DNA of 64,000 nt from an uncultured Chloroflexia bacterium (GCA_963731635.1 CAVSWB010000001.1:713679-777678); one strand, 5' to 3'. Positions 1-10,181 are shown, numbered from the stretch's first letter. Notes: generated by a model from the sequence alone, not told the origin. Program-made: numbers and translations.

Positions 1-167
1 GCGATGCCGGATTCGTGTCTGCCGGGCGCGGGGAACCCACACCTCGGTCTTGCCGGAATCGTCTTGCGGGTACATCTCTCGGAAGGCGTATAGTCGGGCC
101 GATACCGTCGTAACAATCGGCGATCTGATCCCCAGGCAGGTCGTTGGCTGAGAGAGAGGTTTGGACG

Positions 168-497
168 ATGGTCACAGTTCGCAAGGCCGATCCGGCGCTC
201 ATGGACAAGGCTGCCAAGCCGTCGCGCGACCTGAGTCCTGCTGCAAAGGCTCGCGAGCAGCAGCAGCGTCAGTTTCGTCGGCTCATAGGTCAGCTCAAAG
301 GACCCGAGCAGGTATTCGCCGTCCGGCTTGATCCCGATGAGAAGCCGATCACCATCCGGCAGCGATTGCTCCGTGTCGCGGCCGATGCGAATGTCGAGAT
401 CGCCGTGCGAAAGCATGCCGATGGGTTCCTGGTCGGGTTGCTCACACCTGAGCGGCGCACGAATCGCGGTCGTCGCCAGTCAACCTCGAAGTCGTAA
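168..497 (+). CDS. hypothetical small protein (about 109 aa)
   Basis: ORF 144..497 trimmed to the in-frame ATG at 168, which is preceded by a purine-rich agagagagg. No recognisable domain. Confidence 0.35.
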   Translation: MVTVRKADPALMDKAAKPSRDLSPAAKAREQQQRQFRRLIGQLKGPEQVFAVRLDPDEKPITIRQRLLRVAADANVEIAVRKHADGFLVGLLTPERRTNRGRRQSTSKS

Positions 498-568
498 TCG
501 ACGAGGATCGCTAACGATCGGCCGCGGCCAGATCGAAGCGCACACTCGCACGCCGGCGACCTGAGGAC

Positions 569-1861
569 GTGGTCGTGGAGCCAGATCGAGGCGAGGGAGC
601 CGAAACCCAGCCTGGGGTCGAGGAATTCGACGCCGCCTCCGAGCGCGCTCGCCTGATCGAGATCAGGTGCGGATTCGCCGAGTTGTCGCGCCGGGAGGCG
701 GACGCGGCCTATGCCCGGGTCACGGACGCTCGTGAGGCCTACTACAGCCAGCTGGCGCTCGTGACGAGTCTCACGGCCGAGGCGAACCCCGAAGCGATGC
801 GGCTGGCCAAGGAAGCGGCCCATCGGGAATTTCGCGACAGAGTCTCCGCCGCGCGGTTCCGGTCCGACGTCGAGCATGCCGCCACGGCCTGGCTGGACGA
901 GATCAACAGGCTCAATCGCGGGCTGCTCGACGAACAGGCGCGGCTCAAGCGGGAACGCGAAGAGGCCGCCCGGCTCGACGGCGAGCTGGACCGACTGACT
1001 GCCATGGCCGAGACGAGCCGAACCCTGGCCGAGACGGCGGAGGCGGCCTGCCGGTCGGCCCGCGAGGGCCTCCCCGAGGCGGATTCTGCACCGCCCGGCC
1101 CGGCGACAGCTGCGGCTGCGACAGCTGCGGCTGCGACGGCTCCGGTCCCGACGGCTGCGGCCCCGGCAGCTCCGGCGGAGGCGAGCGGGCGGGAACCGAC
1201 CGTTCCCGACGCTTCGATTTCGGCCGCCCCCGCTCCGACTCCCGAACTACGGGCCGAAGTCCCTCCGGCCCCCGCGGCCGAGCCGAAGATCGAATATGGC
1301 GGTCCGCGACCGCCGACGATCGTACGTTTGCTCCGCCGCGATCGATCCGCGATGAATCGGCTGGTCGAGTCACTCGCGGGCAGCGACCCCGCTCAGCGGC
1401 GGCGCTGGCAGCTGCTCCTTTCCACCTTCGTGGATTCGGTTGTGGCCGCCGCCATCGACAGCGGCTGCCTCGAGTTCCCCGACGACAACCGGTTCTGGAA
1501 CCAGTTCGACCGGCAGCAGGCGCGGGAGGTGGCTCGGGGTCTGGCGTCGCTCGGCTTCCGGTACGACGGCATGTCGCAGTTCGCCGAAGGGCGGGTGCCC
1601 GAAAGACGCGATCTGGCCGTGGCCGTGGGCCAGGCGGGCATGCACCAGGTCAGGGTTCGCGTCTGGCCTCTGCCCGTGGATATGCCCGGCCTGATGACCA
1701 ACGTTCGTGTGGACACCGACCTGCTGCTGATCCAGGAGGCTCCGTCCTTCACCATGGGAGAGATGGTGAAGCTGCTGGGTTGGCGCTCACAGTTGCTCGC
1801 GGACCTCTGGAACGAATGGCCGCGCCTGCGCAGGCTCCTGCTCGCGCCGACCCCGATTTAG
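569..1861 (+). CDS. hypothetical protein: coiled-coil N-terminus, Ala/Pro/Thr linker, globular C-terminal domain
   Basis: 430-aa ORF with a GTG start. The N-terminus has heptad-like charged helices (LDEINRLNRGLLDEQARLKREREEAARLDGELDRL). The linker is PGPATAAAATAAAATAPVPTAAAPAAPA. The C-terminal ~180 aa are non-repetitive. No family recognised. Confidence 0.5.
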   Translation: MVVEPDRGEGAETQPGVEEFDAASERARLIEIRCGFAELSRREADAAYARVTDAREAYYSQLALVTSLTAEANPEAMRLAKEAAHREFRDRVSAARFRSDVEHAATAWLDEINRLNRGLLDEQARLKREREEAARLDGELDRLTAMAETSRTLAETAEAACRSAREGLPEADSAPPGPATAAAATAAAATAPVPTAAAPAAPAEASGREPTVPDASISAAPAPTPELRAEVPPAPAAEPKIEYGGPRPPTIVRLLRRDRSAMNRLVESLAGSDPAQRRRWQLLLSTFVDSVVAAAIDSGCLEFPDDNRFWNQFDRQQAREVARGLASLGFRYDGMSQFAEGRVPERRDLAVAVGQAGMHQVRVRVWPLPVDMPGLMTNVRVDTDLLLIQEAPSFTMGEMVKLLGWRSQLLADLWNEWPRLRRLLLAPTPI

Positions 1862-2664
1862 GCTCCGGCGCCGGCCCCGCGGGCGAGTGGTTCGGCCGTG
1901 AGCGCCTCCGCGGTTTCGGCGGTCTCCTCTGGATCCTGATCCAACACGACCAGCCGGTAGGCTTCCGCGGCGGGGCTGCCGATCTGCGCGCCCTGCTCGG
2001 CGAGTCGGGCTCGGATGCGCGTGAAGACCGCTTCCGGATCGTGCAGCTGGCTCTCGTGGGCCCGGAGGGCTTCGATCTTGCGTTCGGCGGTGGCCGAAAC
2101 GTCGATCCAGACGTCCGCCGAGTTGGACCACATCATGTAGATGCGTCGAACCCGATGCGCCGGCAGGCCGTTGCGCGCGAGCCAGGGAAACGCCAGCGGG
2201 TTGCGCGCCGCCGGATAGATCGCGTCCACGGCGGCGAAGGCGGCGGCCCGATGGTCGGTGTGGTTGACGCCGCCCCCGCGGTGAACCACTACCTCCGGAT
2301 CGCCGCAGAACACGGCATCGGGTCGGAAGGTCCGGATCTCCCGCACGAGCATTTCCCGCAATGGCAGGTCGTTGACCAGGTTTCCGTCCGGCTGATGCAG
2401 GAACGAGACGCCTTTGTAGCCGACAATCTCGGCTGCGCGACGCTGCTCGGCCTCGCGGGCGCGAGCCAGTTCCAGGGGATCCATCAGGGGATCCTCGCCA
2501 CCGGCATCTCCGGAGGTGCAGCAGACCAGCCAACCTTCTGCCCCGGCCGAAATCCAGGCCGCGGCCGCCCCGGCAGGTCCGAAGTCGGCGTCGTCGGGGT
2601 GCCCGACGATGACCATGAAGCGCCGGGGGCGCCAGGTGTGGGGGCTGGTGAGTTCTTCGGTCAT
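1858..2664 (-). CDS. PIG-L/LmbE family N-acetylglucosaminyl deacetylase
   Basis: ORF 1858..2814 trimmed to the ATG at 2664 (MTEELTS...). Motifs VIVGHPDDADFG, CTSGDAGG and VNHTDH are typical of LmbE/MshB-like zinc deacetylases. Confidence 0.8.
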   Translation of the reverse strand: MTEELTSPHTWRPRRFMVIVGHPDDADFGPAGAAAAWISAGAEGWLVCCTSGDAGGEDPLMDPLELARAREAEQRRAAEIVGYKGVSFLHQPDGNLVNDLPLREMLVREIRTFRPDAVFCGDPEVVVHRGGGVNHTDHRAAAFAAVDAIYPAARNPLAFPWLARNGLPAHRVRRIYMMWSNSADVWIDVSATAERKIEALRAHESQLHDPEAVFTRIRARLAEQGAQIGSPAAEAYRLVVLDQDPEETAETAEALTAEPLARGAGAGA

Positions 2665-2944
2665 GGCGTCGTTCCTGGGCTGCGAGTGGAAATCGATGTT
2701 GACCGGCCGCAACGGTCGCCGAACGCGACTCTCGCAATCTTGATGCGAAACGCTAGCCGCGTCTTGCAACGGCGAGTTATCATGCCGGCCGAGGCTTCGC
2801 TCGTCTCCCCCCACGGGCGAAGCCTCTCTTCATGCCCGGGAGCTGAAGGGCGCGGCTCCGGGGCGAACGACGCCGGCGGGCCGCGCCGGATCGGGTCGCT
2901 TCTGCGGCGGCAAAGCGGGGCCGTGCCGCCCCTGGCCGGGGCTG

Positions 2945-3430
2945 CTAGACGGCAGCCGATCGGGCTTCGCGCAAGGCCTCGAGGACCTCGGTGGCGTGGC
3001 CTTCCGGCGTGACCTTCGTCCAGACGTGGGCGATTCTGCCTTCCGGCCCGACGAGGAAGCTCGTGCGGAGGATGGTCATGTAGGTTCGCCCTTCCTTCTC
3101 CCGCTCGCCCCAGACACCGTAGGCGTCGGCGACCGCGTGGTCTTCGTCCGGCAGGAGCGTGAAGGGGAGACCGTACTTGGCGCGGAAAGCCGCCTTGCTG
3201 GCCGCGCCCTGCGGGCTGAGTCCCCAGATTTCAGTGTCGGCATCGGTGAACGATGTGTGGGCGTCTCGGAACGAGCACGCCTCCTTGGTGCAGCCGGCAG
3301 TGTCGTCGCCGGGATAGAAGTAGACCACCGTGAAATGGCCGCGGCGATCGGACAGCCGATGCAGCCGTCCCTCGTCGTCGCGGAGCTCGAAATCGGGGGC
3401 GAGCTCGCCCACCTTCGGGATGTCGCTCAT
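2945..3430 (-). CDS. bcp: thioredoxin-dependent thiol peroxidase (peroxiredoxin Bcp)
   Basis: 161 aa. GELAPDFEL...VVYFYPGDDTAGCTKEAC is the peroxidatic-Cys motif of BCP/PrxQ peroxiredoxins. Confidence 0.9.
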   Translation of the reverse strand: MSDIPKVGELAPDFELRDDEGRLHRLSDRRGHFTVVYFYPGDDTAGCTKEACSFRDAHTSFTDADTEIWGLSPQGAASKAAFRAKYGLPFTLLPDEDHAVADAYGVWGEREKEGRTYMTILRTSFLVGPEGRIAHVWTKVTPEGHATEVLEALREARSAAV

Positions 3431-3556
3431 GACTCCAGGTTAGCCGGCGGAAGCCGGACGGCTGCTTCGGCGGAGGCCCTGCCCGCGGAGTGGTACGCGG
3501 CTGCGCCGCGGCGACAACGCGGCGGGCGATCACGCGGCAGCCGCGCGGCGGAACGT

Positions 3557-4249
3557 TCAGCGGCGGCGCGGCCGGTGGCCGCCGTGGTGCCGGCGCGGGC
3601 GCCGGTGAAGCCGATCGGCACCTTCGACCTGCGCGCCCCAGGAGCTCAGATGGTGGCCGAGGTCGTGCCGAGAGGAGCTCGGCCAAAGGAATATGGAGAT
3701 GCGCGCTTCGCTCAGCGGCCCATTCAGGCTGACCAGGTCCGCCGGATCGACAGAAATCGCCACCTTGTCCGCGGGCCCGAGGATGGTCCCGGTGCGGCCG
3801 AACCAGGCGTCGAGCCAGCTCCTGACCACGATCGTTCGGCCCTGGAGCTCGATTACCCGGTTCGCTCGGCCGGCGGCCAGTACGAGCCCAAACCAGACGA
3901 TCGGAGCGGCGGCGAATAGAACGAGCCACAACGTGACCGCGGGGCCGTCCGCACCCCGTACCTGGATGAGATCGAAGACATCGAACCCGATCACGCCGAT
4001 CGCCAGCCAGAAGGCCCAGCCCTGGAGAACCGGCCGGTTTATGTGCGCCCGAAGGTCTTCTCGCTCGGCTCTGATCTCCGCGGCCGAAACCGTGCGGACG
4101 ATCTCGGAGACCCCCAGCTGGGGGATGGTGTACGGCGCCGCGTCCTGCAGCGTGAACGGAACGTCCTCCGGCGAGTCCTTCCCGAGCCACCGCGGCGGGG
4201 GAATTGGCGACTCGAGCATTGCGTCGACGAACCATTCGCGTGCGGACAT
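3557..4249 (-). CDS. hypothetical membrane protein (two TM helices plus a PH-like soluble part)
   Basis: ORF 3557..4312 trimmed to the ATG at 4249 (MSAREWF). Hydrophobic segments WAFWLAIGVIGFDVFDLI and LWLVLFAAAPIVWFGLVLAA. The Arg/His-rich last ~40 aa look like possible read-through or a frame problem. Confidence 0.5.
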   Translation of the reverse strand: MSAREWFVDAMLESPIPPPRWLGKDSPEDVPFTLQDAAPYTIPQLGVSEIVRTVSAAEIRAEREDLRAHINRPVLQGWAFWLAIGVIGFDVFDLIQVRGADGPAVTLWLVLFAAAPIVWFGLVLAAGRANRVIELQGRTIVVRSWLDAWFGRTGTILGPADKVAISVDPADLVSLNGPLSEARISIFLWPSSSRHDLGHHLSSWGAQVEGADRLHRRPRRHHGGHRPRRR

Positions 4250-4529
4250 GTGAACTCCCCTCGGTCCAGGCGTCCCTGCCGGGCTGATGACCCGGAGGAG
4301 CACCCTCTGCAATCATGACTCGGCTCGAGCGCCGCAGGTTCACGGTTGCGACCGCGCCCGCGGCGCCTCGTCGCGGTGCCCCCACCCGGCGCCCGCCGGC
4401 CCGCAGCGCTCGGCCCGCCCGCGCCGGCGACCCCAAGCGCGCGGCGCTCCGCCCGCGCTGCGGAATGACCCGCCGACGCTCGGCGCGTGCTCGCGACGGC
4501 AGGTGCTACGATTCATGGCAACCGAATAC

Positions 4530-4625
4530 GCCTCCGGGGAGCGCCACGAGCGCTGAGAGTGCGGCCCCTGCCGCAGACCCGCCGTACCTGATCTGGGCAA
4601 TACCAGCGAAGGAAGCAGGCACGAT
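4530..4625 (+). promoter_or_regulatory. TPP (THI-box) riboswitch
   Basis: ccGGGGAGCgccacgagcgCUGAGAgugcggccccugccgcagACCCgccguACCUGAUCUGGGCAAUACCAGCGaaGGAAGc matches the conserved cores GGGGUGC / CUGAGA / ACCC / ACCUGAUCUGGAUAAUGCCAGCG / GGGAAG. It lies about 80 nt upstream of thiD. Confidence 0.9.
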
Positions 4626-4700
4626 CACACCCTCGCCGCACTCCCCGCCGAGCGCGGCGATATCTGTCTTCGGAGGTCGAAGAGGAAAGGGTCTGGTCGA

Positions 4701-5580
4701 GTGACGGCTGAGGAACGGCAACGCGGAGATGCTGGGGCCGCGGCTACGCCCGGCGCAGGACCGCGGAACGGCGGCGAAGCGCAGAGGCGTCCTCGCGCGC
4801 TCACCATCGCGGGTTCCGATTCCGGCGGCGGAGCCGGCATCCAGGCCGACCTCAAGACGTTCGGCGCATTCGGCGTCTACGGAAGCTCGGCCATCACCGC
4901 CGTCACCGCCCAGAACACGCTCGGCGTTCGCGCCATCCACGAAGTCCCGCCCGAGGTCGTGGCCGCCCAGATCGACGCGGTCCTCGAGGACATCGGCGCC
5001 GACGCGGTCAAGACCGGCATGCTCTCGAGCGCCGCGATCATCGAAGCCGTGGCCGACCGGCTGCGCGCCCATTCCGTCGGCGCCCTGGTCGTGGACCCGG
5101 TCATGGTCGCCAAGAGCGGCGACGCCTTGCTCCGTCCCGAAGCGGTACAGGCGCTGCTTCAACTCATCATTCCGATGGCCGCGGTAGTGACGCCGAACGC
5201 ACCGGAGGCCGCGTGTGCTCTCGGGCATCGAGGTCGTCGACGCCGATTCGGCTCGCGAAGCAGCGCGGCGGATCCAGGCCCTCGGAGCCGCGATCGTCAT
5301 CGTCAAAGGCGGCCACCTCGATGGCGACCGATCCGACGACCTGTATTTCGACGGCCGCGACTTCGAGGTCCTTTCCGGCCGGCGAATCGACACGCCCCAC
5401 ACCCACGGCACCGGCTGCACATTCTCCGCCGCAATCGCCGCCGGCCTTGCGCTCGGTCGGAGCCCGCTCGCCGCGGCTCGTGAGGCTCGTGCCTTTCTTC
5501 AGGGTGCGATCGAAAATGCGGAACCGCTCGGCGCCGGCCACGGGCCCGTGAACCATTTCTGGAGGACGTCTCATGACTGA
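4701..5580 (+). pseudogene. thiD: hydroxymethylpyrimidine/phosphomethylpyrimidine kinase ThiD, interrupted by a +1 frame change near 5212-5215
   Basis: The N-terminal part is in frame 4701 ([22 protein letters not shown]...[10 protein letters not shown]). The C-terminal part is in frame 5215 ([19 protein letters not shown]...[17 protein letters not shown]). The join gaggccgcg-t-gtgctctcgggc would read PEAAVLSGIEV without one nucleotide. Confidence 0.85.
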
Positions 5581-6397
5581 GTACGAGTTGGCCGAGAGGA
5601 CCGCGCAATCGCTGGCGCGGATCCGCCAACGCACTCCGCTGATCCACAACATCACAAACCTGGTCGTGATGAACGACACGGCCAACCTTCTGCTGGCGCT
5701 TGGCGCGTCTCCGGTCATGGCCCACGCGATCGAGGAAGTTCGCGAGATGGTGTCGTACGCCGGGGCCCTCGTGATCAACATCGGGACGCTCGAGGATCGC
5801 TGGATCGAAGCCATGCTCGCGGCCGGCGAGGAGGCAAACGCCCGCGGCGTCCCCGTCGTGCTCGATCCGGTCGGAGTTGGCGCGACGACCCTCAGGACCA
5901 CGACCGTGGAACGAATCCGCTCCCGCGTCCGTGTGGCCGTGGTCCGGGGAAATGCCGCGGAACTGGCCGCGATCGCGGGTCTGGAGGCAAAGATCCGCGG
6001 CGTCGATTCTGTCGCTTCCGGCGATCCCGCTTCGGCGGCCAGACTCACCGCCACCGGCTTTGGGGGCGTGGCGGTCGTGAGCGGGCCTATCGACTACGTC
6101 TCCGACGGAACTCGCCTGATCGAGGTCCACAACGGGCATCCGCTCATGAGCCGGATAACCGGCTCGGGCTGCATGGCCACGGCAACCATTGGGGCGTTCC
6201 TCGCGGTCGAGCCGGATCCCTTCCTTGCGGCCGCCGAGGCCACGATCGCATTCGGAATTGCCGGTGAGAACGCGGCGGCGGGCAGCGTCGGGCCCGGCAC
6301 TTTCCGAGTTCAACTCTTCGACGCGGTCGCGGCCCTGGACGGCGCCACGATCCTGGTCGGCGCCCGAGCGACGATCCGGGAGCCTCAGCCGGCATGA
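5573..6397 (+). CDS. thiM: hydroxyethylthiazole kinase
   Basis: 274 aa. PLIHNITNLVVMNDTANLLLALGASPVMA and SRITGSGCMATA are ThiM hallmarks. It overlaps the end of thiD. Confidence 0.9.
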   Translation: MTEYELAERTAQSLARIRQRTPLIHNITNLVVMNDTANLLLALGASPVMAHAIEEVREMVSYAGALVINIGTLEDRWIEAMLAAGEEANARGVPVVLDPVGVGATTLRTTTVERIRSRVRVAVVRGNAAELAAIAGLEAKIRGVDSVASGDPASAARLTATGFGGVAVVSGPIDYVSDGTRLIEVHNGHPLMSRITGSGCMATATIGAFLAVEPDPFLAAAEATIAFGIAGENAAAGSVGPGTFRVQLFDAVAALDGATILVGARATIREPQPA

Positions 6398-7119
6398 CCG
6401 AACCGCCGATCGCCCCCGAGCGCCTTCGACGCCGCGAATTCCTGCGCCACGCGGGCGTCTACCTGGTGACCGAAGAGTCGCTGAGCTCGGGCAGACGTTC
6501 GGAACAGATCGCCGAGGCAGCCCTGGCGGGAGGCGTTCGGGCGATCCAGGTGCGCGAGAAGGGCGGCTCGGCTCGCCGGGCCTTTGAGATCGCCGTGGCG
6601 ATCCGCCGCCTGACCCGCCGATACGATGCCCTGCTGATCGTCAACGACCGGATCGACATTGCGCTTGCTGCGGAGGCCGACGGCGTCCATCTGGGCCAGG
6701 CGGACCTGCCGGTCGAGGACGCGCGCGGCCTCCTCGGCGAACCCGCCCTGATCGGGCTGTCGATAACGAAAGGCGTCCAAATGACCGAGCCGGATGCCGG
6801 TCTGGCCGATTGCCTGGGAGTCGGCGCTGTCTTCCCGACCGGCTCCAAGACGGATGCGACCCTGACGGGGCTGGCGCTGCTCGAAGACGTGCGCGCGGCA
6901 GGCGCCGCGTGGCAGGCAACCGCAGGGGGCAGGCCCCCGATCGTGGCCATCGGCGGCATCGACGCCGCGAACGCGGGCATCGCCGTCCGAGCTGGCGCCG
7001 ATCTCGTGGCCGTCATCAGCGCCATAACCGCCGCCCCCGATCCGGAACGCGCCGCCGCCGACCTCCTCGAGGCGGTCCGGGTTGCCCGGCCAGGGGTCGC
7101 TACGGGTAAGGCGCAATGA
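6394..7119 (+). CDS. thiE: thiamine-phosphate synthase
   Basis: 241 aa. VYLVTE...IQVREK...LIVNDRIDIALAAEADGVHLGQADL...GVGAVFPTGSK. ATGA overlap with thiM. Confidence 0.9.
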   Translation: MTEPPIAPERLRRREFLRHAGVYLVTEESLSSGRRSEQIAEAALAGGVRAIQVREKGGSARRAFEIAVAIRRLTRRYDALLIVNDRIDIALAAEADGVHLGQADLPVEDARGLLGEPALIGLSITKGVQMTEPDAGLADCLGVGAVFPTGSKTDATLTGLALLEDVRAAGAAWQATAGGRPPIVAIGGIDAANAGIAVRAGADLVAVISAITAAPDPERAAADLLEAVRVARPGVATGKAQ

Positions 7120-8099
7120 AGGGCCCCGGCGAGTTCGAGCTGATCGCGGCGCTCGCCCGCCACCTCGATCCCGCCGCCGACGGCCTGGGGATCGGCGACG
7201 ACGCCGCCGCGTGGCAGCCGAGCGAGGGTTCGCTGGTCGTGGCTACGACGGACATGCTCGTCGAAGGCGTGCACTTCCGCGTCGACTGGACCTCGCCTCG
7301 CGACCTCGGCTGGAAGGCACTGGCCGTCAACCTGTCCGACCTGGCCGCGATGGGAGCCGCGCCCGGGCGCGCCCTGGTGTCGGTTGCTCTACTGCCGGGC
7401 CAGGCGGCCCTGGTCGAGGAGATGTACGACGGCTTGAGCGAACTGGCCCGAGCGACCGGCACTCACATCGTCGGCGGCGACACCGTGCGCAGTTCCGGGC
7501 CGCTGGTCATCAACGTGGCGCTCATCGGCGAGGCTGCTCCGGGCCGGCTGCTGCGGCGTGACGGCGCCGTCCCCGGGGACCTGGTGGCCCTCACCGGTAC
7601 GGTGGGAGCGTCGGCGGCCGGGCTGGCGCTGTTGCTCGAGGGCGACCCCGAGCGGCTGGCCCGTCCCGAGGCCGCCCCGCTGCTGGCCGCTCACCGCCGG
7701 CCCACGCCGAAGCTTCGGACCGGGCAGGAGCTGGCGCGGCTCGGTTTGCGCTGCGCCATCGACGTCAGCGACGGAGTCGCGAGCGAGGCCTGGCACCTGG
7801 CGCGGGCCGGCGGCGTAGCGATCCGGATCGATCTCGATCGACTCCCGCTGGATCCCTCGGCCGTGGCCATGCTCGGCGCCGCGGAAGCGCGCAGGATAGC
7901 CGGCTCCGGCGGTGAGGACTACCAGCTGCTTTTCACCGCGCCGGCGCATCGGTGGGACGAGATCGTGGCCGCTCTCGGCGACGATCGCCCGACCGTTGTC
8001 GGCGAAGTAACGGGCCTCCGACCCGGCGGAGATGTCGAGCTCGTGGCCGCGGACGGGGTCGTCGCGCCCGACCGGCACCAGGGCTACGTGGCTTTCTAG
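7116..8099 (+). CDS. thiL: thiamine-monophosphate kinase
   Basis: 327 aa. GEFELIA...GIGDDAA...TTDMLVEGVHF...GWKALAVNLSDLAAMGA (AIR-synthase-like fold). ATGA overlap with thiE. Confidence 0.9.
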   Translation: MKGPGEFELIAALARHLDPAADGLGIGDDAAAWQPSEGSLVVATTDMLVEGVHFRVDWTSPRDLGWKALAVNLSDLAAMGAAPGRALVSVALLPGQAALVEEMYDGLSELARATGTHIVGGDTVRSSGPLVINVALIGEAAPGRLLRRDGAVPGDLVALTGTVGASAAGLALLLEGDPERLARPEAAPLLAAHRRPTPKLRTGQELARLGLRCAIDVSDGVASEAWHLARAGGVAIRIDLDRLPLDPSAVAMLGAAEARRIAGSGGEDYQLLFTAPAHRWDEIVAALGDDRPTVVGEVTGLRPGGDVELVAADGVVAPDRHQGYVAF

Positions 8100-8114
8100 G
8101 ATGCCGGAGCAGTC

Positions 8115-9467
8115 ATGGCCATAGAGGCTCAGCCCCTCGGCGTGCCCCGCAGCGACCTGGCGGCGGCTACGGTCGGGATCGAGCGCGTGCCCGATCGCTA
8201 TCGCGTTCTGGGGTTCCTGGACTACTTCGTGCTCTGGGCCGACCTCGGCGTCGGCCTGCTCGTGCTGCTCGCGGGCACGGCCCTGGTTCCGGGCCTGGGC
8301 TTCTGGGAGGCAATCGCCGCCATCCTCGTCGGCACCCTGATCGGCAACGTGATGCTCGGCCTGGCCGGGGTCGTCGGCAGCGATAACGCCATTCCTTCGA
8401 TGGTTGGGCTCCGGCCCAGTTTCGGCCGGCGCGGCAGCTACCTGCCGAGCCTGATCAACGTCGTCCAGCTCGTGGGCTGGGGCGCATTCGAGCTGGTGAT
8501 CATGGCTCAGGCTTCGGCCCGGCTGACGCAGTCGGTGTTCGGCAGCTCGAGTTATCCGTTCTGGGCAGTGATCTGGGCGATCGTCGTCGTCGTTCTCGCT
8601 CTGGGCGGACCGCTGGTCGTCGTACGGCAGTGGCTTGAGAAGGCAGGCATCTGGATCGTTCTTGTTACCGGCGCGTGGATGGCGTTCTACGTGTTCACCC
8701 ACGCCAACTACTCGACACTCGTGAGCCGGCCCGGCGACGGCAGTCTGAGCTTCGCGCAGGGGATCGACCTGGTGGTCGCCATGCCGATCAGCTGGCTGCC
8801 CCTCATCGCCGACTTCAACCGCTTCGCGAGCAGTTCACGCTCCTCGTTCTGGGGAACCGTCTCCGGTTTCGCGGTTTCGAACGTCCTCTTCTACACCCTG
8901 GGCGTGCTGCTGATACTTGTGCTCCCGACGTCGGACCTCATCGGTTCGATCATGACGGTGGCCTTCGGCACGGCCGGACTGGCACTCCTGCTCGGCGACG
9001 AGACCGACAACGCGTTCGCGGACGTCTACTCGGGAGCTATCTCGATAAAGAACGTCATCCCCGGGCTACCGACGCGGCTGCTGGTCGCTTCGATCGGCGG
9101 ACTGTGCCTGGCCATCGCGCTGACGGTCGATCTCGGCAGCTTCCAGAGCTTCCTTTACCTGGTCGGCTCGCTATTCACGCCGCTCTTCGGCGTTCTGTTC
9201 GCCGACTACTTCGTGCTCAACCGTCGTCACTACCGGCAGGAAGACCTATATCCGGAGGATGGCTTAGGCCGAGCCGGCGGAGGGATCAACCCGGTGGCTC
9301 TGCTTGCCTGGGCGTGCGGGATCGCCACCTATCTGGCAGAGACGACTTACCTCGGCTGGCTCGGCGGAACGCTGCCGTCCCTGATCGTCTCGCTCGTGGT
9401 GTATCTGGCGGCGAGCTTCGTCGCCGGTGCCATCCGCCGTGCCTCGGCCGCTTCCGGCACGAATTGA
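8115..9467 (+). CDS. cytX: NCS1-type permease, probable hydroxymethylpyrimidine transporter (CytX-like)
   Basis: 450 aa, about 12 TM segments, purine-cytosine permease-like N-terminus (FLDYFVLWADLGVGLLVLLAG...PSMVGLRPSFG). It is the last gene of the riboswitch-controlled thi operon, the classic CytX context. Confidence 0.65.
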   Translation: MAIEAQPLGVPRSDLAAATVGIERVPDRYRVLGFLDYFVLWADLGVGLLVLLAGTALVPGLGFWEAIAAILVGTLIGNVMLGLAGVVGSDNAIPSMVGLRPSFGRRGSYLPSLINVVQLVGWGAFELVIMAQASARLTQSVFGSSSYPFWAVIWAIVVVVLALGGPLVVVRQWLEKAGIWIVLVTGAWMAFYVFTHANYSTLVSRPGDGSLSFAQGIDLVVAMPISWLPLIADFNRFASSSRSSFWGTVSGFAVSNVLFYTLGVLLILVLPTSDLIGSIMTVAFGTAGLALLLGDETDNAFADVYSGAISIKNVIPGLPTRLLVASIGGLCLAIALTVDLGSFQSFLYLVGSLFTPLFGVLFADYFVLNRRHYRQEDLYPEDGLGRAGGGINPVALLAWACGIATYLAETTYLGWLGGTLPSLIVSLVVYLAASFVAGAIRRASAASGTN

Positions 9468-9540
9468 GGGGCCACAAGCCGCCTTTTCTGGTCGTCAGAG
9501 CAGAACGAGCCGATAACAGGGGTATGAAGGCATCGAACGC

Positions 9541-10125
9541 ATGGTAGATTTCACGTCGATGGGCACGCCTCACCCAGCCGTCCAGCGCGTTGTCGACGCA
9601 GCCTTGCGAAAGGGCGTAAAGCTCGAAATCGCGCTCTTCTCCGCGCCGACCCGAACCGCAGAGCAGGCTGCCAAGGCTGTCGGCGTTCGGCTCGATCAGA
9701 TCGTCAAGTCGCTCGTTTTCGTCGCGCCTCGCCCCGACGGTCGCCTCGTCCCGATCGTCTGCCTCGTAGCCGGCTGCAACAACGTCGACCTCTCCAGGCT
9801 TGCCGCGGTTACCGGTGAGCTGTCGATCCGCCGCGCCACCGCTCGTGAAGCGCACGAACTGACCGGTTTCGCCATCGGCGGCATCCCGCCGTTCGGCCAC
9901 GGCCGGCAGGCTCGCGTCGTGATGGACCCCGACCTTTGTCCGTTCCAGGTGGTTTGGGCCGCGGCCGGAATCGACGGAGCGATCTTCCCGGTTTCGCCGG
10001 CGGCGCTCAGGATCCTCGCCAACGCAACGGTGGCGCCGTTCGCGAAGGACTCGGAGCTTCGGGCCGGCAGCCCTGCCGCGATGGACCCGGGGATCCTCTT
10101 CGAAGCCGGCGGCACGGCCGCGTAA
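9541..10125 (+). CDS. YbaK/EbsC-type aminoacyl-tRNA editing (deacylase) domain protein
   Basis: 194 aa. IVKSLVF..., GFAIGGIPPFGH and VWAAAG are typical of the YbaK/ProX editing domain. Confidence 0.8.
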   Translation: MVDFTSMGTPHPAVQRVVDAALRKGVKLEIALFSAPTRTAEQAAKAVGVRLDQIVKSLVFVAPRPDGRLVPIVCLVAGCNNVDLSRLAAVTGELSIRRATAREAHELTGFAIGGIPPFGHGRQARVVMDPDLCPFQVVWAAAGIDGAIFPVSPAALRILANATVAPFAKDSELRAGSPAAMDPGILFEAGGTAA

Positions 10126-10181
10126 AACGGCGTTTCTCCTCGCTTGCGGTGGACACGCGGTGGATAAGTCGCGCCGCGTGA

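Noticed and set aside
1-75. Possible 5' end of a minus-strand gene running off the left edge (ATG at 75: MYPQDDSGKTEVWVPRARQTRIRH...).
   Set aside because: Only 25 codons are visible and there is no recognisable motif. This is too little to support a feature.
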